Assembly (NCBI GenBank): GCA_964016885.1
Contig: OZ024754.1
Span: 19,778,001 to 19,842,000, forward strand
Source: Eledone cirrhosa
Taxonomy: Eukaryota
Direction: 5' to 3'
DNA: 64,000 bases
Shown: one piece after another, positions 1 to 12,700 of the stretch
How positions within the stretch are numbered: the first letter of the stretch is position 1
Layout: every line of letters begins with the position of its first letter
Program-made: the position numbers and the translations under genes
Notes under the pieces: model-generated
Seen by the model: the letters and a program-made list of their open reading frames with translations, nothing else
Databases searched by the model: none
Told to the model about the DNA's origin: nothing

Positions 1-3000
1 TAGTTACTTTAGTTTGGACACAGTCTCAGATCAAGTCACTTGCCAGACATGTACAACTGTGGCTAAAATAACTCTTCCATGATATAGTTACTTTAGTTTC
101 AACACAGTCTCAGATCAAGTCACTTGCCAGGCATCTACAACTGTGGCTAAAATGACTCTACCATGATATAGTTACTTTTGTTTCAACACGTTCACAGATC
201 AAGTCACCTGCCAGACATGTACAACTGTGGCTAAAATGACTCTTCCATGATATAGTTAATTTAGTTTCAACACAGTCAAAAATCAAGTCAATTACCATGG
301 ATGTACAACTGTGGCTAAAATGACTCTTCCATGATATAGTTACTTTAGTTTCAACACAGTCTCAGATCAAGTCACTTACCAGACATGTACAACTGTGGCT
401 AAAATGACTCTTCCATGATATAGTTACTTTAGTTTGAACACAGTCTTAGATCAAGTCACTTGCCAGACATGTACAACTGTGGCTAAAATAACTCTTCCAT
501 GATATAGTTACTTTAGTTTCAACACAGTCTTAGATCAAGTCACTTGTCAGACATCTACAACTGTGGCTAAAATGACTCTACCATGATATAGTTACTTTAG
601 TTTCAACACAGTCACAGATCAAGTCACTTGCCAGACATGTACAAGTGTAGCAAAAATGACTCTTCAATGATATAGTTACTTTAGTTTCAACACAGTCACA
701 GATACAGTCACTTGCCAGACATGTACAACTGTGACTAAAATGATTCTTCCATGATATAGTTACTTTAGTTTCAAAACAATCTCAGATAAAGTCACTTGCC
801 AGACATGTACAACTGTGGCTAAAATGACTCTTCCATGATATAGTTACTTTAGTTTCAACACAGTCTCAGATCAAGTCACTTGCCAGACATGTTCAACTGT
901 GGCTAATATGATTCTTCCATGATATAGTTACTTTAGTTTGGACACAGTCTCAGATCAAGTCACTTGCCAGACATGTACAACTGTGGCTAACCTGACTCTT
1001 CCATGATATAGTTACTTTAGTTTGAACACAGTCTTAGATCAAGTCACTTACCAGACATGTACAACTGAGGTTCAAATGACTCTTCCAATGATATAATTAC
1101 TTTAGTTTTACCACAGTCACAGATCAAGTCACTTGCCAGACATGTACAACTGTGGATAAAATGACTCTTCCATGATATAGTTACTTTAGTTTCAAAACAA
1201 TCTCAGATAAAGTCACTTGCCAGACATATACAACTGTGGCTAAAATGACTCTTCCATGATATAGTTACTTTTGTTTCAACACAGTCTCAGATCAAGTCAC
1301 TTGCCAGACATGTTCAACTGTGGCTAATATGACTCTTCCATGATATAGTTACTTTAGTTACAACACAGTCTCAGATCAAGTCACTTGCCAGACATGTACA
1401 ACTGTGGCTAAAATAACTCTTCCATGATATAGTTACTTTAGTTTCAACACAGTCTCAGATCAAGTCACTTGCCAGGCATCTACAACTGTGGCTAAAATGA
1501 CTCTACCATGATATAGTTACTTTTGTTTCAACACGTTCACAGATCAAGTTACCTGCCAGACATGTACAACTGTGGCTAAAATGACTCTTCCATGATATAG
1601 TTAATTTAGTTTCAACACAGTCAAAAATCAAGTCAATTACCATGGATGTACAACTGTGGCTAAAATGACTCTTCCATGATATAGTTACTTTAGTTTCAAC
1701 ACAGTCTTACATCAAGTCACTTGCCAGACATGTACAACTGTGGCTAAAATAACTCTTCCATGATATAGTTACTTTAGTTTCAACACAGTCTCAGATCAAG
1801 TCACTTGCCAGGCATGTACAACTGTGGCTAAAATAACTCTTCCATGATATAGTTACTTTAGTTTCAACACAGTCTCAGATCAAGTCACTTGCCAGGCATC
1901 TACAACTGTGGCTAAAATGACTCTTCCATGATATAGTTACTTTAGTTTCAACACGTTCACAGATCATGTCACTTGCCAGACATATATAACTGTGGCTAAA
2001 ATGACTATCCATGATATAGTTACTTTAGTTTCAACACAGTCACAGATCAAGTCACTTACCAGACATGTAAAACTGTAGCTAACATGACTCTTCCATGATA
2101 TAGTTACTTTAGTTTAAACACAGTCTCAGATCAAGTGACTTTCTAGACATGTACAACTGTGGTTAAAATGACTCTACCATGATATAGTTACTTTAGTTTC
2201 AACACAGTCTCAGATCAAGTCACTTGCCAGACATGTTCAACTGTGGCTAATATGATTCTTCCATGATATAGTTACTTTAGTTTGGACACAGTCTCAGATC
2301 AAGTCACTTGCCAGACATGTACAACTGTGGCTAACCTGACTCTTCCATGATATAGTTACTTTAGTTTGAACACAGTCTTAGATCAAGTCACTTACCAGAC
2401 ATGTACAACTGAGGCTAAAATGACTCTTCCATGATATAGTTACTTTAGTTTCACCACAGTCACAGATCAAGTCACTTGCCAGACATGTACAACTGTGGAT
2501 AAAATGACTCTTCCATGATATAGTTACTTTAGTTTCAACACAGTCTCAGATCAAGTCACTTGCCAGACATGTACAACTGTAGCTAAAATTAATCTTCCAT
2601 GATATAGTACTTTAGTTACAACACAGACTCAGATCAAGTCACTTGCCAGACATGTACAACTGTGGCTAAAATCACTCTTCCATGATATAGTTACCTTAGT
2701 TTGAACACAGTCTTAGATCAAGTCACTTGCCAGACATGTACAACTGTGGCTAACCTGACTCTTCCATGATATAGTTACTTTAGTTTGAACACAGACTTAG
2801 ATCAAGTAACTTACCAGACATGTACAACTGAGGCTCAAATGACTCTTCCATGATATAATTACTTTAGTTTCACCACAGTCACAGATCAAGTCACTTGCCA
2901 GACATGTACAACTGTGGATAAAATGACTCTTCCATGATATAGTTACTTTAGTTTCAACACAGTCACAGATCAAGACACTTGCCAGACATCTACAACTGTA

Positions 3001-6000
3001 GCTAAAATGACTCTTCCATGATATAGTTACTTTAGTTTCAACACAGTCTCAGATCAAGTGACTTGCCAGACATGTACATCTCTTGTTAAAATGACTCTTC
3101 CATGATTTAGTTACTTTAGTTTCAACACAGTCTTAGATCAAGTCACTTGCCAGACATGTACAACTGTGGCTAAAATAACTCTTCCATGATATAGTTACTT
3201 TAGTTTCAGCACAGTCTCAGATCAAGTCACTTGCCAGGCATCTACAACTGTGGCTAAAATGACTCTACCATGATATAGTTACTTTAGTTTCAACACATTC
3301 ACAGATCAAGTCACTTGCCAGACATGTACAACTGTGGCTAAAATGACTATCCATGATATAGTTACATTAGTTTCAACACAGTCACAGATCAAGACACTTA
3401 CCAGACATGTAAAACTGTAGCTAGCATGACTCTTCCATGATATAGTTACTTTAGTTTCAACACAGTCTCAGATCAAGTGACTTTCCAGACATGTACAACT
3501 GTGGCTAAAATGACTCTTCCATGATATAGTTACCTTAGTTTGAACACAGTCTTAGATCAAGTCACTTGCCAGACATTTACAACTGTGGCTAAAATAACTC
3601 TTCCATGATATAGTTACTTTAGTTTTAACACAGTCTCAGATAAAGTCACTTGCCAGACATGTACAACTGTGGCTAAAATGACTGTTCCATGATATAGTTA
3701 CTTTAGTTTCAACACAGTCACAGATCAAGTCACTTACCAGACATGTAAAACTGTAGCTAACATGACTCTTCCATGATATAGTTACTTTAGTTTCAACACA
3801 GTCACAGATCAAGTCACTTACCAGACATGTAAAACTGTAGCTAACATGACTCTTCCATGATATAGTTACTTTAGTTTCAACACAGTCTCAGATAAAGTGA
3901 CTTTCTAGACATGTACAACTGTGGCTAAAATGACTCTTCCTTGATATAGTTACTTTAGTTTCAACACAGTCTCAGATCAAGTCACTTGCCAGACATGTTC
4001 AACTGTGGCTAATATGACTCTTCCATGATATAGTTACTTTAGTTTGGACACAGTCTCAGATCAAGTCACTTGCCAGACATGTACAACTGTGGCTAACCTG
4101 ACTCTTCCATGATATAGTTACTTTAGTTTGAACACAGACTTAGATCAAGTCACTTACCAGACATGTACAACTGAGGCTCAAATGACTCTTCCATGATATA
4201 ATTACTTTAGTTTCACCACAGTCACAGATCAAGTCACTTGCCAGACATGTACAACTGTGGATAAAATGACTCTTCCATGATATAGTTACTTTAGTTTCAA
4301 CACAGTCACAGATCAAGACACTTGCCAGACATCTACAACTGTAGCTAAAATGACTCTTCCATGATATAGTTACTTTAGTTTCAACACAGTCTCAGATCAA
4401 GTGACTTGCCAGACATGTACATCTCTGGTTAAAATGACTCTTCCATGATTTAGTTACTTTAGTTTCAACACAGTCTTAGATCAAGTCACTTGCCAGACAT
4501 GTACAACTGTGGCTAAAATAACTCTTCCATGATATAGTTACTTTAGTTTCAGCACAGTCTCAGATCAAGTCACTTGCCAGGCATCTACAACTGTGGCTAA
4601 AATGACTCTACCATGATATAGTTACTTTAGTTTCAACACATTCACAGATCAAGTCACTTGCCAGACATGTACAACTGTGGCTAAAATGACTATCCATGAT
4701 ATAGTTACATTAGTTTCAACACAGTCACAGATCAAGACACTTACCAGACATGTAAAACTGTAGCTAGCATGACTCTTCCATGATATAGTTACTTTAGTTT
4801 CAACACAGTCTCAGATCAAGTGACTTTCCAGACATGTACAACTGTGGCTAAAATGACTCTTCCATGATATAGTTACTTTAGTTTCAACACAACCTCAGAT
4901 CAAGTCACTTGTCAGACATCTACAACTGTGGCTAAAATGACTCTACCATGATATAGTTACTTTAGTTTCAACACAGTCACAGATCAAGTCACTTGCCAGA
5001 CATGTACAAGTGTAGCAAAAATGACTCTTCAATGATATAGTTACTTTAGTTTCAACACAGTCACAGATCAAGTCCTTGCCAGACATGTACAACTGTGACT
5101 AAAATGATTCTTCCATGATATAGTTACTTTAGTTTCAAAACAATCTCAGATAAAGTCACTTGCCAGACATATACAACTGTGGCTAAAATGACTCTTCCAT
5201 GATATAGTTACTTTAGTTTCAACACAGTCTCAGATCAAGTCACTTGCCAGACATGTTCAACTGTGGCTAATATGACTCTTCCATGATATAGTTACTTTAG
5301 TTTGGACACAGTCTCAGATCAAGTCACTTGCCAGACATGTACAACTGTGGCTAAAATAACTCTTCCATGATATAGTTACTTTAGTTTCAACACAGTCTCA
5401 GATCAAGTCACTTGCCAGGCATCTACAACTGTGGCTAAAATGACTCTACCATGATATAGTTACTTTTGTTTCAACACGTTCACAGATCAAGTCACCTGCC
5501 AGACATGTACAACTGTGGCTAAAATGACTCTTCCATGATATAGTTAATTTAGTTTCAACACAGTCAAAAATCAAGTCAATTACCATGGATGTACAACTGT
5601 GGCTAAAATGACTCTTCCATGATATAGTTACTTTAGTTTCAACACAGTCTCAGATCAAGTCACTTACCAGACATGTACAACTGTGGCTAAAATGACTCTT
5701 CCATGATATAGTTACTTTAGTTTGAACACAGTCTTAGATCAAGTCACTTGCCAGACATGTACAACTGTGGCTAAAATAACTCTTCCATGATATAGTTACT
5801 TTAGTTTCAACACAGTCTTAGATCAAGTCACTTGTCAGACATCTACAACTGTGGCTAAAATGACTCTACCATGATATAGTTACTTTAGTTTCAACACAGT
5901 CACAGATCAAGTCACTTGCCAGACATGTACAAGTGTAGCAAAAATGACTCTTCAATGATATAGTTACTTTAGTTTCAACACAGTCACAGATACAGTCACT

Positions 6001-9000
6001 TGCCAGACATGTACAACTGTGACTAAAATGATTCTTCCATGATATAGTTACTTTAGTTTCAAAACAATCTCAGATAAAGTCACTTGCCAGACATGTACAA
6101 CTGTGGCTAAAATGACTCTTCCATGATATAGTTACTTTAGTTTCAACACAGTCTCAGATCAAGTCACTTGCCAGACATGTTCAACTGTGGCTAATATGAT
6201 TCTTCCATGATATAGTTACTTTAGTTTGGACACAGTCTCAGATCAAGTCACTTGCCAGACATGTACAACTGTGGCTAACCTGACTCTTCCATGATATAGT
6301 TACTTTAGTTTGAACACAGTCTTAGATCAAGTCACTTACCAGACATGTACAACTGAGGTTCAAATGACTCTTCCAATGATATAATTACTTTAGTTTTACC
6401 ACAGTCACAGATCAAGTCACTTGCCAGACATGTACAACTGTGGATAAAATGACTCTTCCATGATATAGTTACTTTAGTTTCAACACAGTCACAGATCAAG
6501 ACACTTGCCAGACATCTACAACTGTAGCTAAAATGACTCTTCCATGATATAGTTACTTTAGTTTCAACACAGTCTCAGATCAAGTGACTTGCCAGACATG
6601 TACATCTCTGGTTAAAATGACTCTTCCATGATATAGTTACTTTAGTTTCAACACAGTCTTAGATCAAGTCACTTGCCAGGCATGTACAACTGTGGCTAAA
6701 ATAACTCTTCCATGATATAGTTACTTTAGTTTCAACACAGTCTCAGATCAAGTCACTTGCCAGGCATCTACAACTGTGGCTAAAATGACTCTACCATGAT
6801 ATAGTTACTTTAGTTTCAACACATTCACAGATCAAGTCACTTGCCAGACATGTACAACTGTGGCTAAAATGACTATCCATGATATAGTTACTTTAGTTTC
6901 AACACAGTCACAGATCAAGTCACTTGCCAGACATGTACAAGTGTAGCAAAAATGACTCTTCAATTATATAGTTACTTTAGTTTCAACACAGTCACAGATC
7001 AAGTCACTTGCCAGACATGTACAACTGTGACTAAAATGATTCTTCCATGATATAGTTACTTTAGTTTCAAAACAATCTCAGATAAAGTCACTTGCCAGAC
7101 ATATACAACTGTGGCTAAAATGACTCTTCCATGATATAGTTACTTTTGTTTCAACACAGTCTCAGATCAAGTCACTTGCCAGACATGTTCAACTGTGGCT
7201 AATATGACTCTTCCATGATATAGTTACTTTAGTTACAACACAGTCTCAGATCAAGTCACTTGCCAGACATGTACAACTGTGGCTAAAATAACTCTTCCAT
7301 GATATAGTTACTTTAGTTTCAACACAGTCTCAGATCAAGTCACTTGCCAGGCATCTACAACTGTGGCTAAAATGACTCTACCATGATATAGTTACTTTTG
7401 TTTCAACACGTTCACAGATCAAGTTACCTGCCAGACATGTACAACTGTGGCTAAAATGACTCTTCCATGATATAGTTAATTTAGTTTCAACACAGTCAAA
7501 AATCAAGTCAATTACCATGGATGTACAACTGTGGCTAAAATGACTCTTCCATGATATAGTTACTTTAGTTTCAACACAGTCTTACATCAAGTCACTTGCC
7601 AGACATGTACAACTGTGGCTAAAATAACTCTTCCATGATATAGTTACTTTAGTTTCAACACAGTCTCAGATCAAGTCACTTGCCAGACATGTACAACTGT
7701 GGCTAAAATAACTCTTCCATGATATAGTTACTTTAGTTTCAACACAGTCTCAGATCAAGTCACTTGCCAGGCATCTACATCTGTGGCTAAAATGACTCTT
7801 CCATGATATAGTTACTTTAGTTTCAACACGTTCACAGATCATGTCACTTGCCAGACATATATAACTGTGGCTAAAATGACTATCCATGATATAGTTACTT
7901 TAGTTTCAACACAGTCACAGATCAAGTCACTTACCAGACATGTAAAACTGTAGCTAACATGACTCTTCCATGATATAGTTACTTTAGTTTAAACACAGTC
8001 TCAGATCAAGTGACTTTCTAGACATGTACAACTGTGGTTAAAATGACTCTACCATGATATAGTTACTTTAGTTTCAACACAGTCTCAGATCAAGTCACTT
8101 GCCAGACATGTTCAACTGTGGCTAATATGATTCTTCCATGATATAGTTACTTTAGTTTGGACACAGTCTCAGATCAAGTCACTTGCCAGACATGTACAAC
8201 TGTGGCTAACCTGACTCTTCCATGATATAGTTACTTTAGTTTGAACACAGTCTTAGATCAAGTCACTTACCAGACATGTACAACTGAGGCTAAAATGACT
8301 CTTCCATGATATAGTTACTTTAGTTTCACCACAGTCACAGATCAAGTCACTTGCCAGACATGTACAACTGTGGATAAAATGACTCTTCCATGATATAGTT
8401 ACTTTAGTTTCAACACAGTCTCAGATCAAGTCACTTGCCAGACATGTACAACTGTAGCTAAAATTAATCTTCCATGATATAGTACTTTAGTTACAACACA
8501 GACTCAGATCAAGTCACTTGCCAGACATGTACAACTGTGGCTAAAATCACTCTTCCATGATATAGTTACCTTAGTTTGAACACAGTCTTAGATCAAGTCA
8601 CTTGCCAGACATGTACAACTGTGGCTAAAATAACTCTTCCATGATATAGTTACTTTAGTTTCAACACAGTCTCAGATAAAGTCACTTGCCAGACATGTAC
8701 AACTGTGGCTAAAATGACTGTTCCATGATATAGTTACTTTAGTTTCAACACAGTCACAGATCAAGTCACTTACCAGACATGTAAAACTGTAGCTAACATG
8801 ACTCTTCCATGATATAGTTACTTTAGTTTCAACACAGTCACAGATCAAGTCACTTACCAGACATGTAAAACTGTAGCTAACATGACTCTTCCATGATATA
8901 GTTACTTTAGTTTCAACACAGTCTCAGATAAAGTGACTTTCTAGACATGTACAACTGTGGCTAAAATGACTCTTCCATGATATAGTTACTTTAGTTTCAA

Positions 9001-9760
9001 CACAGTCTCAGATCAAGTCACTTGCCAGACATGTTCAACTGTGGCTAATATGACTCTTCCATGATATAGTTACTTTAGTTTGGACACAGTCTCAGATCAA
9101 GTCACTTGCCAGACATGTACAACTGTGGCTAACCTGACTCTTCCATGATATAGTTACTTTAGTTTGAACACAGACTTAGATCAAGTCACTTACCAGACAT
9201 GTACAACTGAGGCTCAAATGACTCTTCCATGATATAATTACTTTAGTTTCACCACAGTCACAGATCAAGTCACTTGCCAGACATGTACAACTGTGGATAA
9301 AATGACTCTTCCATGATATAGTTACTTTAGTTTCAACACAGTCACAGATCAAGACACTTGCCAGACATCATCTACAACTGTAGCTAAAATGACTCTTCCA
9401 TGATATAGTTACTTTAGTTTCAACACAGTCTCAGATCAAGTGACTTGCCGGACATGTACATCTCTGGTTAAAATGACTCTTCCATGATATAGTTACTTTA
9501 GTTTCAACACAGTCTTAGATCAAGTCACTTGCCAGACATGTACAACTGTGGCTAAAATAACTCTTCCATGATATAGTTACTTTAGTTTCAACACAGTCTC
9601 AGATCAAGTCACTTGCCAGGCATCTACAACTGTGGCTAAAATGACTCTACCATGATATAGTTACTTTAGTTTCAACACATTCACAGATCAAGTCACTTGC
9701 CAGACATGTACAACTGTGGCTAAAATGACTATCCATGATATAGTTACATTAGTTTCAACA
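1..9760. repeat. Rearranged duplication of about 5 kb (1 to ~4720 vs 5289 to ~9760) with whole-monomer indels
   Basis: Offset 5288 for GATACAGTCA 701/5989 and TCTTCCAATG 1081/6369. Offset 5875 for ACAGTCTTACATC 1701/7576 and CCTTAG 2694/8569. Offset 5036 for CCTTAG 3533/8569 and ACAGACTTAG 4134/9170. The right boundary is approximate. Confidence 0.85.
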
Positions 9761-12700
9761 CATTCACAGATCAAGTCACTTGCCAGGCATCTACAACTGT
9801 GGCTAAAATGACTCTACCATGATATAGTTACTTTTGTTTCAACACGTTCACAGATCAAGTCACCTGCCAGACATGTACAACTGTGGCTAAAATGACTCTT
9901 CCATGATATAGTTAATTTAGTTTCAACACAGTCAAAAATCAAGTCAATTACCATGGATGTACAACTGTGGCTAAAATGACTCTTCCATGATATAGTTACT
10001 TTAGTTTCATCACAGTCTTAGATCAAGTCACTTGCCAGGCATCTACAACTGTGGCTAAAATAACTCTTCCATGATATAGTTACTTTAGTTTCAACACAGT
10101 CTCAGATCAAGTCACTTGCCAGACATGTACAACTGTGGCTAAAATAACTCTTCCATGATATAGTTACTTTAGTTTCAACACAGTCTCAGATCAAGTCACT
10201 TGCCAGGCATCTACAACTGTGGCTAAAATGACTCTACCATGATATAGTTACTTTAGTTTCAACACAGTCACAGATCATGTCACTTGCCAGACATGTACAA
10301 CTGTGGCTAAAATGACTATCCATGATATAGTTACTTTAGTTTCAACACAGTCTCAGATCAAGTGACTTTCTAGACATGTACAACTGTGGTTAAAATGACT
10401 CTTCCATGATATAGTTACTTTAGTTTCAACACAGTCTCAGATCAAGTCACTTGCCAGACATGTTCAACTGTGGCTAATATGATTCTTCCATGATATAGTT
10501 ACTTTAGTTTGGACACAGTCTCAGATCAAGTCACTTGCCAGACATGTACAACTGTGGCTAACCTGACTCTTCCATGATATAGTTACTTTAGTTTGAACAC
10601 AGTCTTAGATCAAGTCACTTACCAGACATGTACAACTGAGGCTAAAATGACTCTTCCATGATATAGTTACTTTAGTTTCACCACAGTCACAGATCAAGTC
10701 ACTTGCCAGACATGTACAACTGTGGATAAAATGACTCTTCCATGATATAGTTACTTTAGTTTCAACACAGTCTCAGATCAAGTCACTTGCCAGACATGTA
10801 CAACTGTAGCTAAAATTAATCTTCCATGATATAGTACATTAGTTACAACACAGACTCAGATCAAGTCACTTGCCAGACATGTACAACTGTGGCTAAAATC
10901 ACTCTTCCATGATATTGTTACTTTAGTTTCAACACAGTCTCAGATCAAGTCACTTGTCAGACATGTACAACTGTGGCTAAAATGACTCTTCCATGAAATA
11001 GTTACCTTAGTTTGAACACAGTCTTAGATCAAGTCACTTGCCAGACATGTACAACTGTGGCTAAAATAACTCTTCCATGATATAGTTACTTTAGTTTCAA
11101 CACAGTCTCAGATAAAGTCACTTGCCAGACATGTACAACTGTGGCTAAAATGACTGTTCCATGATATAGTTACTTTAGTTTCAACACAGTCACAGATCAA
11201 GTCACTTACCAGACATGTAACACTGTAGCTAACATGACTCTTCCATGATATAGTTACTTTAGTTTCAACACAGTCTCAGATAAAGTGACTTTCTAGACAT
11301 GTACAACTGTGGCTAAAATGACTCTTCCATGATATAGTTACTTTAGTTTCAACACAGTCTTAGATCAAGTTACTTGCCAGACATGTACAACTGTGGCTAA
11401 AATAACTCTTCCATGATATAGTTACTTTAGTTTCAACACAGTCTCACATCAAGTCACTTGCCAGGCATCTACAACTGTGGCTAAAATGACTCTACCATGA
11501 TATAGTTACTTTAGTTTCAACACATTCACAGATCAAGTCACTTGCCAGACATGTACAACTGTGGCTAAAATGACTATCCATGATATAGTTACATTAGTTT
11601 CAACACAGTCACAGATCAAGACACTTACCAGACATGTAAAACTTTAGCTAGCATGACTCTTCCATGATATAGTTACTTTAGTTTCAACACAGTCTCAGAT
11701 CAAGTGACTTTCCAGACATGTACAACTGTGGCTAAAATGACTCTTCCATGATATAGTTACTTTAGTTTCAACACAACCTCAGATCAAGTCACTTGTCAGA
11801 CATCTACAACTGTGGCTAAAATGACTCTACCATGATATAGTTACTTTAGTTTCAACACAGTCACAGATCAAGTCACTTGCCAGACATGTACAAGTGTAGC
11901 AAAAATGACTCTTCAATGATATAGTTACTTTAGTTTCAACACAGTCACAGATCAAATCACTTGCCAGACATGTACAACTGTGACTAAAATGATTCTTCCA
12001 TGATATAGTTACTTTAGTTTCAAAACAATCTCAGATAAAGTCACTTGCCAGACATATACAACTGTGGCTAAAATGACTCTTCCATGATATAGTTACTTTA
12101 GTTTCAACACAGTCTCAGATCAAGTCACTTGCCAGACATGTTCAACTGTGGCTAATATGACTCTTCCATGATATAGTTACTTTAGTTTGGACACAGTCTC
12201 AGATCAAGTCACTTGCCAGACATGTACAACTCTGGCTAAAATAACTCTTCCATGATATAGTTACTTTAGTTTCAACACAGTCTCAGATCAAGTCACTTGC
12301 CAGGCATCTACAACTGTGGCTAAAATGACTCTACCATGATATAGTTACTTTTGTTTCAACACGTTCACAGATCAAGTCACCTGCCAGACATGTACAACTG
12401 TGGCTAAAATGACTCTTCCATGATATAGTTAATTTAGTTTCAACACAGTCAAAAATCAGGTCAATTACCATGGATGTACAACTGTGGCTAAAATGACTCT
12501 TCCATGATATAGTTACTTTAGTTTCAACACAGTCTCAGATCAAGTCACTTACCAGACATGTACAACTGTGGCTAAAATGACTCTTCCATGATATAGTTAC
12601 TTTAGTTTGAACACAGTCTTAGATCAAGTCACTTGCCAGACATGTACAACTGTGGCTAAAATAACTCTTCCATGATATAGTTACTTTAGTTTCAACACAG

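Noticed and set aside
19-61. RAG/Transib RSS-like heptamers (CACAGTC on +, CACAGTT on -)
   Set aside because: These match CACAGTG at 6/7, but there is no ACAAAAACC-like nonamer at 12- or 23-bp spacing on either strand.
1-84. CENP-B box, telomeric repeat, or tRNA/5S-derived unit
   Set aside because: The consensus lacks the CpGs required for the CENP-B box, has no TTAGGG-type runs, and shows no convincing Pol III A/B boxes or cloverleaf.
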